Part shown: piece by piece, positions 13,021 to 25,419 of the stretch
How the letters are laid out: the number at the start of each line of letters is the position of its first letter
Numbering within the stretch: position 1 is the first letter of the stretch
Translations under genes and position numbers: made by a program
Notes under the pieces: generated by a model
Databases searched by the model: none
Told to the model about the DNA's origin: nothing
Seen by the model: the letters and a program-made list of their open reading frames with translations, nothing else
NCBI RefSeq assembly: GCF_964194025.1
Contig: NC_134471.1
Location: 37,386,001-37,450,000 of the forward strand
Length of the DNA stretch: 64,000 nt
Origin: Convolutriloba macropyga
Lineage: Eukaryota
Reading direction: 5' to 3'

Positions 13021-13329
13021 GTGTTGACAAAACCAATAGATATTATATAAGAGTACTTGGTAAAAATAAAATTAGTTTTTCCGGGCTTTCCTGATAATCA
13101 GGATCATCTACGAAGGAATTTTCAGAAGGTGATATAACACGTAATCTTTTACGTTTACTAGGGTGAAAAATGTGTATATGTAGTGATTGGAAAATTGGTT
13201 TCTTATGAGATTCTACTGATAGTTCATAGGATTAATTAATAGATGTGGAAGGGTGGAAGCTCTATGTTCATTTGAGTTATTATGTACGGGAGAGTAAAAC
13301 TTTTTCCAGAAATTTTTAAATTTTTTGTC

Positions 13330-15565
13330 TAAAAGATTCAATTCGTTTTGAGAGTTTAGAGTACTACTGTTAACAGAGTTCTTTCGTCTTTTCTTCGGTG
13401 AGGGTGGTTTATATTGTGAACAACCTGATTGTAATTTTTTTGGAAAATAGTTTGCGAAAAAACTACAAAAAATACTGCAAAAAATGTACTCTTAGCTAAT
13501 GTGATATTAGGGCCTAAAAGTGATTTAAAGTGGTATGCTTTAAATGCGCTATGAAATAGTCCAAAGAGGAACTAAAAAATGTTGAAAACGTCCATATTAT
13601 GGCTAGTTGTTTTAATACGCACCAGGGTTATCCAATGACTCCTATGAGGCATTGTTTTAAGTAGTTGCCGTCAATTAATTCACGCCAATCGAGATGGAAA
13701 CTCTTTTCCATGAAGAGGAAACTCTTTTCCATTAATAAAGAGTTAGCTGAAATAATTGGTCTATTGGCTTTGTTGTTGTGAAAATTGTGCACGTAACGGT
13801 GCTTGTTTTGCAAGGTCTGAAAATTAACTACTTGCGCGACTTCAAATTTTTTGGCGGCACCATCGACTGATTGGTTAAATTGCATTTTATTTATTGAGTC
13901 AGTCCAATTTCTTTTGCTAAATATGACAAGTTGCTGTGCAGTATAATCTGCGTGGGTGAAGCGGTTTTCAATCTCATCAAGCGTGATTTTTCTAACGTGG
14001 TTTCCGTCTTTAATTGAATAAGGCTTTAAGCGGTATGACTCAACTCCATCCGCGTCTAGTAAGATTTGCTGATCAAAAATGTCAGTTTTACATGGTGCTT
14101 TAATGGACAAGGGGAATATATTACGTGTGACTTGGTGTACAAATTGGAGTATGTTCTGGTAGAATATAGGAATGCGTTCGAAACATTGATTATCTAATAC
14201 AAAAAGTGGTGAAGAAACAGTCCTACCTTGAAATAGTGAAATAGCACCAGAGCGTTTCAGTGTGGCGAATGTGTTTCGCTGTCCTTTGATGACATATCAC
14301 ATTTATGGGAATTTCTGTTTTAATAACATGAAGGTGATCTATTTTAAATTGCGTTCAAGATCGCAGTGTTTTTGTAAATTGAGAGACCCGTGTGGTCCAT
14401 TTCAAGTAAAACAGGACTAGTCATATAATCAAGTTTTGCGTCAATTTGTACGTTAGGGTATACAGCACCGAGCCAATGCTGCTTTTGGAAGATTTCAAAG
14501 TTTTCAGATTTACGATATACTTGTGATTCTTTTGGGATTACAAATCCGTTACAGATGTCTGCTTTAGTGTATGGTGTGATAGAAGGTGCTTTGTTTGGGA
14601 TGGCCATATGTACAATCCTAAACTCTTCCGAGGCTTTGCCTGTTACAAAGTCAAAACCTTCGTGATACTGTATAAAAATATCTTTGAACTGTTCAGCGTA
14701 ATAAGGGCGATCCTGATTTCATTTATAAATAGATTTAGTGAGTACCTCGAAACGAGATAGTGCTGATTCATCAGTAGGGTGATCTTGAAAACAACGTGTG
14801 TACATGTGTGATTTGTGTTGGTGCTCAGTGTTAGTTTCCTTATTTGTGAGTGTTTCAATAAAACAGCGTTTTTGAAATTTAATAATATGTGCATGTGATC
14901 TATAGATATCAAAAATGCGGCAGTGGTCATGTGTTTCCCAAACAATGACGATTGCTTTAATAGCGTAGTTTGGGGGACAGTACCCCGTTTGCAGATTACA
15001 TTTAATGCGTGTTTTACCATAATAAATACTCTCAGGTATGCATCAACTGTGGGTGATATTATTGTTGACTCATGAGACCAATGCGTGCAAGTTATCAATG
15101 AGATTCATTTTCTGTTGAAAAGAAAGGTCTTTCCATTTTGTTAACATACAAATTATCGTGACCAAACTGGAAGACTCTTTTAAGTGAGATTTTGTGATAA
15201 AAAAGCTCTCTTTGTTGCTGAGTTTTGCATGGTTGGCGTATGCGCCTACCTGTAGTGTTCGAGTTTATGAGAAAGTGGATACTTGGGAAGGGAGGATTTT
15301 AAAGTATATCGGTTTGATCTTATATTGGCAAATCTCATTGAGCTTACAATACTGCTTATTTGTGATATGATGTGGGGAGCAATTATAGTGGGTTACTACT
15401 CGAACTTAAACTCCTGATTTGGAAGTTAAGACACTAGGTTTGTCAAATTTAGTTGGTTTTTTTATTGGTAGTGGATCTGAAAAGAACAGATTGATCAAGA
15501 GTATGATTAAATTTGTAATGGACGTGTGTAAGATTGTCCAGAATGAGTGTTATAGAAAAAAACAT
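13330..15565 (-). pseudogene. env: env: class III (herpesvirus gB / chuvirus G-like) fusion glycoprotein, decayed
   Basis: Hydrophobic N-terminus (LIILLINLFFS), VVTHYNCS..YCKLNEIC, KCNLQTGYCPPNYAIKAIVIVWETHDHC, IDAKLDYMTSPVLLEM, C-D-L-E/D-R helix, QCFERIPIFYQNILQFV.QVTR...C, and a C-terminal hydrophobic stretch (~13430-13620). The Cys pattern and motif order match gB-like retroelement and chuvirus glycoproteins as recalled. Confidence 0.75.
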
Positions 15566-15685
15566 CCTGCAGTGTTCTGTGTTTATCTGCCAAATTTATA
15601 GTGTATTTCTTGACAAGTGAAGGATGACGGGTGTCTTAAACTCTAAAAATAGGGACAGAGGTGGAAAATAATTTGTCTTGTTCGA

Positions 15686-17440
15686 CTACTGTTTCAACAG
15701 AGAAAGTGATTTTAGATTCTTTAAGTAAGTCGTGTGCCCGTTGTTTTTGTACTGGCGTAATTTTGTGCTTAGTAACTTTTTGCTTTGCCCAATTATGTAA
15801 CTGTTGATGTTCACCGTTATTATGATCTCCGAAAAAAGCGGGTGGAGGACTACAAATTTTCGGTCAAGCTTTAATGGTAAAGTTGGATAGGTTCTAGTAG
15901 TATCAGGTTGTTTCTCAATACAATGATGAGAGTGTTGATTTGGAGTGGGTGAATTCGAACCTAATGTTATTATGGGCGGTGTACCGTGAAAACTGAGTAG
16001 TAGTGAACTCTGATAAGGAGGCGATGAATTGAGTATATTAAAGAAGTGATTCCAGTGAGCTTGCGAGAGTATACGCTCAATATTAGTTATTGGTATTTGC
16101 TGCGGAATAAACGGATTTTTTGCAGTTTGTGATGAAGTTGGTGAAATAAATTGAGAGCTTAGCAATTAGAAGTGTCTGAAATAAGACTAAAGTTTTGTGG
16201 TGTATCGTCTATATTAGAAAGTGTGAATTTGCTGTGGCAATTTGGATTTACTCTTCTTATAAGTGTAAGCAAATTTAATTGGCCGAGTAAAGAATTGTGG
16301 TGTGTTTGAGTAACTGAGAAATTCAAGTTGTGGTGCTCGTGGTGGAGCAGGTATGAGTGATGTCTGTCGTTGTAAAGTTACGTTTGCAATAAAGGCTGAG
16401 AACTGCAATAAATTTTTTTTGTTTGTATTTTTATTTATTTGTTGTTGTTGTGCTTGCACTTGTTGTATTTACGCTTGACTTTGATAGGTGGGTACTGGAT
16501 TACTGACTGTGGGGTAAAATGGGGGGGGGGGGGGTAACCAGTAGGACGAGTTATTTCTGCAGACTTGGCAGTAGTAATAACCGGGTATGGGTTTTCTTCC
16601 GTTTCTTGTGCTTGTGGCTTTTTATTAAAGAGATTTAATGATTACTTTTTGGGGTGGATTGTTAATCTCTGTCGCTATATGAACAGCTTGGTGATTCTGA
16701 GAACAGGGGAAGACTTGGATTAGTGTTGGGTTGTTGGTTAGGGACGCAGTTGTGACGTTGATTGTTGGCCCAAATTGGGGCAGTGATGACAATAGAATAT
16801 CTTTTAATGATTGAAAGACGGAGTGACAATTATTGGTAAATTTAAGAGAGTTATACTAACTCGAATTTCTGCGAAGGCTGATTATGATGGGATAACATTG
16901 TGTTGGTAGATTAGATCTAAAAAATCAGCGTTGAAAACTGTTAATCCTTTTGTTAAAAAATGATATGTGGATAGTAAATTCAATTTTGTGAGTTGTTGTG
17001 TTGCGTTTTGTTGGTATTGTTCAACCAAAATCAAAAAAATTCTATAAAATGCTGTGTGTCTTAAGAAGCTGGGATAGCGTCTAGATTTATTGTGAACACG
17101 ATATTATAATAGAGGAGTTCAAAAATTTTTGGTGTTGCTTGTGGCGGATAAATTGGAGTATAGAAAAAAGCGATGTGTTCGTTGATAAAATCTCTTAAAT
17201 AAAAGACCCATTCACAACAAGTGTGTGTGAATGTAGTATGTCATCTAATTTATTGAAAGTGTCTTGAAAACGTAATCAATTTGTTTAAAACTTTGAATAT
17301 ATGTCAATGATTCAAGTCTGTGGTGTAAATATATTTGCATACCTGTCTGTTTTTTGAAAATCATATGAACGTTCAATGGTGGGAGACTGAATTTTGTAGT
17401 TTGAGATAAAGTGTGTGCTTCTTTGAGAGCTATCAACTTG
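15686..17440 (-). pseudogene. Remnant of an extra ORF between pol and env, unknown function
   Basis: Successive minus-strand ORF fragments 17245-17436, 16214-16459 and 15686-16165 with the element's strand bias; no recognised domain. Confidence 0.45.
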
Positions 17441-18149
17441 TATTGTTGATTGCCTTTGCTGCGGTGAGCTGACTGGCTGAAAGTACTGTCCGATGAGACA
17501 GTTCTTTTAAAGTAGTAGAGAGAAAGAAACAGTGTAGAGAGAAAAAAACGGAGAAACTTAGAAGTTTTTCTAAGTTACAAAGGAAAGAGTGAGAAGCAAG
17601 GCTTTCAAAAACAAAGTGTTTAGAGTTAAGAAAGAAGGAGATGAGAGAAAGTTTTGAAGCAAATTTTGAATCAAGAAGAGAGAACAAGAGAAACAACTGA
17701 GTTCTAAGCTGAGTGGACTGTGGAGTGAAATTAAACGATGCGATTTGGCTCGACCACGACCTTCTTCTTGAAAGAAAAAAGTTACCGAGTCATATCTCGT
17801 CAAGTTAATTAGATTCAGAAATTTTTCACAGACCGATCTGTGGGTCGGCTATTAAACAAGATTTTCGTTAATTTAATTTCTTTTATAGTCGTGGTGATTG
17901 GCCTATTTCCCCCTCTTTTTCCTTTCCCGATGAAGGGGATTTTGTGCTTCTGCTAGGGTAGCAGGTGGAAAGATAGTCCCTATGCTTTATTAACGCAGTG
18001 TATGAGCTTTGTCATTTTTCTCAGTGAAAGTATTTGTTTTAGTGGGAGAGGGTGAAAGAATTAACCGAATTTTTCCTTTCGTGTGCGAGAACTGGGAAAG
18101 TAAATTTTTAGTGGATTTCTATTTGTGGAGTATTTTGAGTATTATGCTA

Positions 18150-19800
18150 AATTGTGTCGGCTAACTAAAGTGCGAGAAGCAGTGTTGGGTGTTATTTTAG
18201 TGGTATATATATGCTTTAGGAGTGGGTTGTTCGTAAAGCCAAATCTTTTGACTGTGGTCTAAAGACTTTATAGTCTTTTGTCGGTTGTTTTCGTAAACGG
18301 ACATCTCTGGTAGTGTAATTTTTCGAGTTTGTCTTGGATATTTCAGAGGGACTACAAAATGGTGGGTGGAAAGTTTAATATTTGATGGTATGTCCGTCTG
18401 TCTAGACGGAACGAGACGGATTTAGACTTTGTGATAGTCAATTTTTGAGGTTTAAGTCGTAATTGAGAGTTATTGGAAAAGTATTTTTTTTTGTTCTTGA
18501 ATGAATAATTCTTTTGGGTAATATGGGACAATATTACTTCTATGGTGGGTTATTTGTTTCGCTGAAATGTCTTCTAGGTTATATGTTAACCTTGTGGGGG
18601 TATCGGTTATTTTATGAGGGCCAATTTTCTGTGGTTGTATCTTAGTTGATTTTGGAAATTCCAATATGTGGTGTTTTTTTGAAATAAGAAAAAAAGTGCC
18701 AATTTTAGTGATTGAGCCCCTCAAAAACGGCGGTTTTTGCAGATGCATTTACGAACGTGGTTTAAGCACGATTTAGGAACCATTGTGCAAAGTTTCTTTC
18801 TGTAATTTTTTACTTTGCGGGCGGTGACCAAGATGATCAGTATGTGTGTTTTGGAAACGAGTGACATGGGGATGTTCGTGAAAGGTTACAATGTCCAAAA
18901 CTATCTGCAGTGGAACATAGATTAAACAGTTTTGGCTTTCTGGGTTTTATGCCAAAAACAAATTCATATGGTGAGATATTCGTATTGGTTCTAACTTGTG
19001 ATCTGAATGCAAAGGAGAAGGTTTTTGCTTTTTGTTACCATGTGTCATATTGTCAGTTTGAAACAGTGCGAAGAAATGAGATTAATGGCCTATTTTAATT
19101 TTGTACTACTCCATCCATTCGACCATGGTGTGCACAGTGTGTGTGGTTTAAGTTGTACAATATAAATGCGGAAAAAAAGTGCAATTTCGCCGCTAAGGTA
19201 TTCATTTCCATTGTCAGCGACTAGAATACCGAGTATTCCGAATTTTACTATCCAACTGTCAAAAAGCATATTTAGTGCGTTTGCTGCATCTTTTCTGGGG
19301 AAGGGCGAAGAACAACATAAAGTGTGAATGCGTCTACTATAACATAGACGTAGGAATTTCTATCCGAGGACAAAGAAATTGGACATTTCGTGTCCACTGA
19401 GATACGGTGATTGAAGTAGGGTGAAACTTCTAAGAAGCTGTTGTTAAGCCATGAAAAGTTTTGGCATGGATTTGCTCATTTGGAAATTCAAGCAATCTTG
19501 TGTAAGTATTGCTATCCATGTTTTTTTATTTGGAAAATGCTAACTTTCTCTTATTGTAGCATAGTTTTTTTGACGACCGGGATGGCCTGAAAGGTCGTGT
19601 GAGTGTGCGATATGAAATACTGTTAAAAAGAGAAAATGGTAGACATAGTTTTGTAATTGTGTCTCTTGTATACAAAATAGGAGTGAATTTGTTTGTTTTA
19701 CGCTTAAGTCTCAAAAATTTCTATTGTAGTGTAAAAAGCCCGGATTGTTAAATTAGGAACAGTAGGGGGGTTTTTGAGTTTTTTCCAAAGAAAAATTTGT
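18150..19800 (-). pseudogene. Ty3/Gypsy integrase (decayed)
   Basis: AHSHDLSGHPGRQKNYATIRES*HFP (HHCC finger, ~19530-19610), VSPYFNHRISVDTKCPI...YVYVIVDAF (~19325-19430), ISPYEFVFG (~18950-18980), KIQPQKIGPHKI (GPY/F-like). Confidence 0.88.
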
Positions 19801-20109
19801 CGTAAGACAGGGTCTTGCTAATGTATTGCTTGTAGAAATCTATCAGTGATTTCTGTTTGTTCATTTTAGAAATAGTCGTATGTTTTTGGTGATTTAGGTA
19901 CGAAATCATCCATTGCTGGAAATGAAATTTTTATATTTTTTATCAATTCGGCATAATTTCCGTTTTGTTTATTAGGTGTAAATGGTTCTGTTTTGTTCGT
20001 GTTTAGTGTAACATCCGTATGTTGTACTATAGGGTAGTTTTCTGAATATACCTGGTTTTGTTTTAACTGTTGAGTTCTGTGTTGGTGCACATGTTCTAAA
20101 GGCTGTACT

Positions 20110-21760
20110 TTTATATTGGTGCAGCTCTGAGGTTTTCTGTTTTTAGATTTTTTATTATATATGTCTGATGTCTGTAACATTGTGTCTGTTGTGGTATCTT
20201 AAAAAAACATCGTCAAGATGCATGATGACCTTACCTTGACGAATTAGTGGTTTGAATATTTTACTCGTAAAGGATGAGAAGGCGGTTGGGCCGAAAGAAA
20301 TATCGTAAAACAATCATTTCAAACGGTATTGTATTATTGCCCTGCAATAACAAAATTTGTGGGTCATTGATAGGGTTTATCTAATGGCATTTGGTTATAC
20401 GCACTCTTCATATCGGATATTGAGAAAATTGGTCCTTTTTTTCGTGTGATTTCAATTTGTATTGGCTTTTTTGGCTAGCTACATTTAGTTTTGCAATCAT
20501 TGTGTTAAGTTGACGGGGTTCTAAGAGAACTTTTAGTCACTCTCCTATTTAAGTATGATTACTGGGTTAATAAATGTTTTCCCCTTAGTGAGAGGATCTG
20601 TATTTACTGGTGCAACTTTATCGAATTGTTTTAATATGTCAAGTAAGCGCTGTATTTTTTTTGTAATTGTAGGGGTATACGATTGGTTCGTTGTTTTTTG
20701 AATAGTTTTGTTGCTTTTAGGGGTAAGTTTGCTTCAAATTTGAATCTTCCTACATCAAATTTGGAAGCAGTGTTCATATTGTAGTAAGAGTTGTGTAAAT
20801 AGTTCAATCTGTATTTGGTTAATTTAGTGTGTTCAAAATTGAACATTTGGAAGAAATTTTTCTCTGTCTCTGCGAACATAGAAGTGTCAAACGGTATGTG
20901 AAAAGTTTTCTGTTGTGCTTTATATTCACGTTCCTGTTGCTTGGTTAGGTTTAAGCAATTTAGTTTTTTAAGTGTTTCTGAAAAACCGTATGTACGATAA
21001 TCGGCAGTATAGGCCTTCATGAACTCAGTGAGTTCTATAATGCAATATTTCATGGTGTGTAGGTACATAAGGGAAACATCTTGTTGTGCATGCGCAATTA
21101 GCTTGTTTACAAGTGTTAGTGGTTGTTTCAAAAAGATTTTGAATAAGAATTCGAATAAAGGATTGCAAGGCGCATTCCAAAATTTTTTAAATTCATTCTA
21201 GAAAAGAACATATTTTTGCTTAGTGGTACAAATGAGAAAACAGATTTGTAAATTATGGTTCCATCTACAAATTTGGTTTTGCACTGGTATGCAGTGAGTG
21301 ATTAAGTCAGGATTCTGTGCTCAAATGTTTGGAAATATAATGTATGTTCTCTGATAACGGGAAGTAATCGTGAATAAAATGGTGGTGGTTTTTTGGAAGA
21401 TTCATATAAATTTCAAAATTTTTTCCCATATTTAGTTTTGAAGACAGTCCATGAGATGAACATTTTTTAGATTCTACATTTTTGCTAGAAAATTAAATTT
21501 TGTTTTTACGTATTTGAGAAGTGAAAGGTTTTTGTAAAGTTTGTGTTTCGATAAGTTCTGTGTTCCGTTACGTTTGGGTAGAGAGCAATTTTTACAGTTC
21601 CGTGTTACTGTAATTTAGAGTTCGTTGCTGGGAGAACAAATATTGAAGCTTTCAGTTGAAAATTGTGGTAGTCTTTGATTTCATTCCAAGTATCATTTTT
21701 TAATACATTAAGTGCGGCGCCCGAGTCAATAAAGTTAATTTTGAGATGTGGTGGAGGTGA
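20110..21760 (-). pseudogene. Protease and reverse transcriptase (duplicate copy)
   Basis: FIDSGAALNVL at ~21705-21737; MHLDDVF at ~20203-20223; same lesions as the other copy. Confidence 0.85.
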
Positions 21761-23729
21761 TTTTGGTATGACCAAGCGTCTGTCGTGTAAATATTGTAAG
21801 TTGTAATACCCAAATGTTACTTTTACTCGACGTGGAAGGTATGTATTCTTCTGTTAGTGTAATACATTCTTACTGACAGTTGAAGTATTCGTCTTGTGTA
21901 TCTTGGTTGAGTTCTAAGAGTAAGTTTTCTAACTGTTGTTCTAAGAGTTGTTCTTCTGAAATAAACTTTGAGTTTCTCTTTGTTCCGTGTATGACGTTGT
22001 GTGTTCTGTGTGTTCTTGGTCTAAGAGTGAATTAAAGTAATTTCGTACATTGCGAAGGCGATTACGTGAGATTGGTCGTCGTGAACGATTTCAATCTCTA
22101 TTATAGTTAGGTGGTTGCGATCGAGAGTTATTAGAGTAATTGTTGTATTCATTATAGTTTGGTCTGTCCGAACGTTTTGTGGTCTCGAGTATGGTGAACC
22201 TATTCTTCTTGGTGGCTTAAAATTACTGTTTCCGTAATATGGTTTCGAGTTTATAAATAAAGATTTATTAGTGCTTCTCTGTCGAGAAGTGTCTCGATTT
22301 TACCTACAGTTGCGCCGTGAGCAATAGGGAAAAATAGTGGTTTACCAGTTATATTATTTGATGTGACTTGTTTAATTGGGAGATTTTGATTCCCTTTCAT
22401 TTTGCTTTAAGAATTTTGCTTTTGAAAATTGCTTGATTAAAATTTTGTTTTGAATAATTGGTTTTCAAGTGGATTTACATATCTTTTCTCCGGGCAAGTG
22501 GAAACACTGTGTCCTGATCCTGGACATTTTTTTGAGGAATGGTTATCCTTTAGAATTTGGATTATTTGATACCTGTGTCGCACTACGTTGATCCCATGTG
22601 CAGTATCTTGTTCCATAATGCGGAAATCATCTAATTTTAGATTATCTATATTTAAAAATACATTATTTATGAATGATGAAAGAGTGGAATTTGAGCTTAT
22701 TTTATGTATATCTCTGTGTGTTCTACTGATATCTAATTGATGAATTTTCTCAACTAGTTATGTAAATGGAAGCTGTGGTTCCAAGGCTGTTGAGTTGTGA
22801 TTAGGAATCATTTCAAGAGGTATTCTAGCTAGTTGTGGATCAAGTGCTTTGAAAGGTGAGTCATTCATCTGTCCAATTCTTATATCTGGGGCGTTGTTAA
22901 CATATGCCTTTTTAGACACTTGTACAATTCTGAGTGCTAATGTTTTTATTTGTTCTCATTGAGCACGTGTTAATCTTTCTAGGAGTAATTTCGCTTGTGT
23001 TTGCCATGTCTTCTGAAATTTTTGACGAAATGTTTGCCAGTTCTTTTTAATTTCTAGTGTTAAGTGTGAACACCTCTGTTGTGCCGGGCAGATTAAAGAC
23101 GTTTGTATCATGGCTGTTGTGTAAGTATTGCTATCCATGTTTTTTTATTTGGAAAATGCTAACTTTCTCTTATTGTAGCATAGTTTTTTTGACGACCGGG
23201 ATGGCCTGAAAGGTCGTGTGAGTGTGCGATATGAAATACTGTTAAAAAGAGAAAATGGTAGACATAGTTTTGTAACTGTGTCTCTTGTATACAAAATAGG
23301 AGTGAATTTGTTTGTTTTACGCTTAAGTCTCAAAAATTTCTATTGTAGTGTAAAAAGCCCGGATTGTTAAATTAGGAACAGTAGGGGGGTTTTTGAGTTT
23401 TTTCCAAAGAAAAATTTGTCGTAAGACAGGGTCTTGCTAATGTATTGCTTGTAGAAATCTATCAGTGATTTCTGTTTGTTCATTTTAGAAATAGTCGTAT
23501 GTTTTTGGTGATTTAGGTACGAAATCATCCATTGCTGGAAATGAAATTTTTATATTTTTTATCAATTCGGCATAATTTCCGTTTTGTTTATTAGGTGTAA
23601 ATGGTTCTGTTTTGTTCGTGTTTAGTGTAACATCCGTATGTTGTACTATAGGGTAGTTTTCTGAATATACCTGGTTTTGTTTTAACTGTTGAGTTCTGTG
23701 TTGGTGCACATGTTCTAAAGGCTGTACTT

Positions 23730-25380
23730 TTATATTGGTGCAGCTCTGAGGTTTTCTGTTTTTAGATTTTTTATTATATATGTCTGATGTCTGTAACATT
23801 GTGTCTGTTGTGGTATCTTGAAAAAAACATCGTCAAGATGCATGATGACCTTACCTTGACGAATTAGTGGTTTGAATATTTTACTCGTAAAGGATGAGAA
23901 GGCGGTTGGGCCGAAAGAAATATCGTAAAACAATCATTTCAAACGGTATTGTATTATTGCCCTGCAATAACAAAATTTGTGGGTCATTGATAGGGTTTAT
24001 CTAATGGCATTTGGTTATACGCACTCTTCATATCGGATATTGAGAAAATTGGTCCTTTTTTTCGTGTGATTTCAATTTGTATTGGCTCTTTTGGCTAGCT
24101 ACATTTAGTTTTGCAATCATTGTGTTAAGTTGACGGGGTTCTAAGAGAACTTTTAGTCACTCTCCTATTTAAGTATGATTACTGGGTTAATAAATGTTTT
24201 CCCCTTAGTGAGAGGATCTGTATTTACTGGGGCAACTTTATCGAATTGTTTTAATATGTCAAGTAAGCGCTGTACTTTTTTTTGTAATTGTAGGGGTATA
24301 CGATTGGTTCGTTGTTTTTTGAATAGTTTTGTTGCTTTTAGGGGTAAGTTTGCTTCAAATTTGAATCTTCCTACATCAAATTTGGAAGCAGTGTTCATAT
24401 TGTAGTAAGAGTTGTGTAAATAGTTCAATCTGTATTTGGTTAATTTAGTGTGTTCAAAATTGAACATTTGGAAGAAATTTTTCTCTGTCTCTGCGAACAT
24501 AGAAGTGTCAAACGGTATGTGAAAAGTTTTCTGTTGTGCTTTATATTCACGTTCCTGTTGCTTGGTTAGGTTTAAGCAATTTAGTTTTTTAAGTGTTTCT
24601 GAAAAACCGTATGTACGATAATCGGCAGTATAGGCCTTCATGAACTCTGTGAGTTCTATAATGCAATATTTCATGGTGTGTAGGTACATAAGGGAAACAT
24701 CTTGTTGTGCATGCGCAATTAGCTTGTTTACAAGTGTTAGTGGTTGTTTCAAAAAGATTTTGAATAAGAATTCGAATAAAGGATTGCAAGGCGCATTCCA
24801 AAATTTTTTAAATTCATTCTAGAAAAGAACATATTTTTGCTTAGTGGTACAAATGAGAAAACAGATTTGTAAATTATGGTTCCATCTACAAATTTGGTTT
24901 TGCACTGGTATGCAGTGAGTGATTAAGTCAGGATTCTGTGCTCAAATGTTTGGAAATATAATGTATGTTCTCTGATAACGGGAAGTAATCGTGAATAAAA
25001 TGGTGGTGGTTTTTTGGAAGATTCATATAAATTTCAAAATTTTTTCCCATATTTAGTTTTGAAGACAGTCCATGAGATGAACATTTTTTAGATTCTACAT
25101 TTTTGCTAGAAAATTAAATTTTGTTTTTACGTATTTGAGAAGTGAAAGGTTTTTGTAAAGTTTGTGTTTCGATAAGTTCTGTGTTCCGTTACGTTTGGGT
25201 AGAGAGCAATTTTTACAGTTCCGTGTTACTGTAATTTAGAGTTCGTTGCTGGGAGAACAAATATTGAAGCTTTCAGTTGAAAATTGTGGTAGTCTTTGAT
25301 TTCATTCCAAGTATCATTTTTTAATACATTAAGTGCGGCGCCCGAGTCAATAAAGTTAATTTTGAGATGTGGTGGAGGTG
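23730..25380 (-). pseudogene. Protease and reverse transcriptase (decayed); RNase H apparently absent
   Basis: FIDSGAALNVL (~25322-25358); RIPLQLQKKVQRLLDILKQF..FINPVIILK; FSISDMKSAYNQMPLD; FGPTAFSSFTSKIFKPLIRQGKVIMHLDDVF (YxDD mutated to HLDD). Confidence 0.9.
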
Positions 25381-25419
25381 ATTTTGGTATGACCAAGCGT
25401 CTGTCGTGTAAATATTGTA

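Larger units (their letters stand above)
8069..14470. repeat. Tandem triplication, period ~2.74 kb (env 3' half plus downstream ORF); leftmost copy internally deleted
   Basis: tccatatta at 8112, 10853 and 13592; paralogous ORFs 9725-10132 and 12461-12868 (offset 2736); gatgacatatcacatt present in all three copies. Confidence 0.95.

Noticed and set aside
14643-15098. 151-aa minus-strand ORF as a separate gene
   Set aside because: The env motifs lie in a different frame of the same interval.
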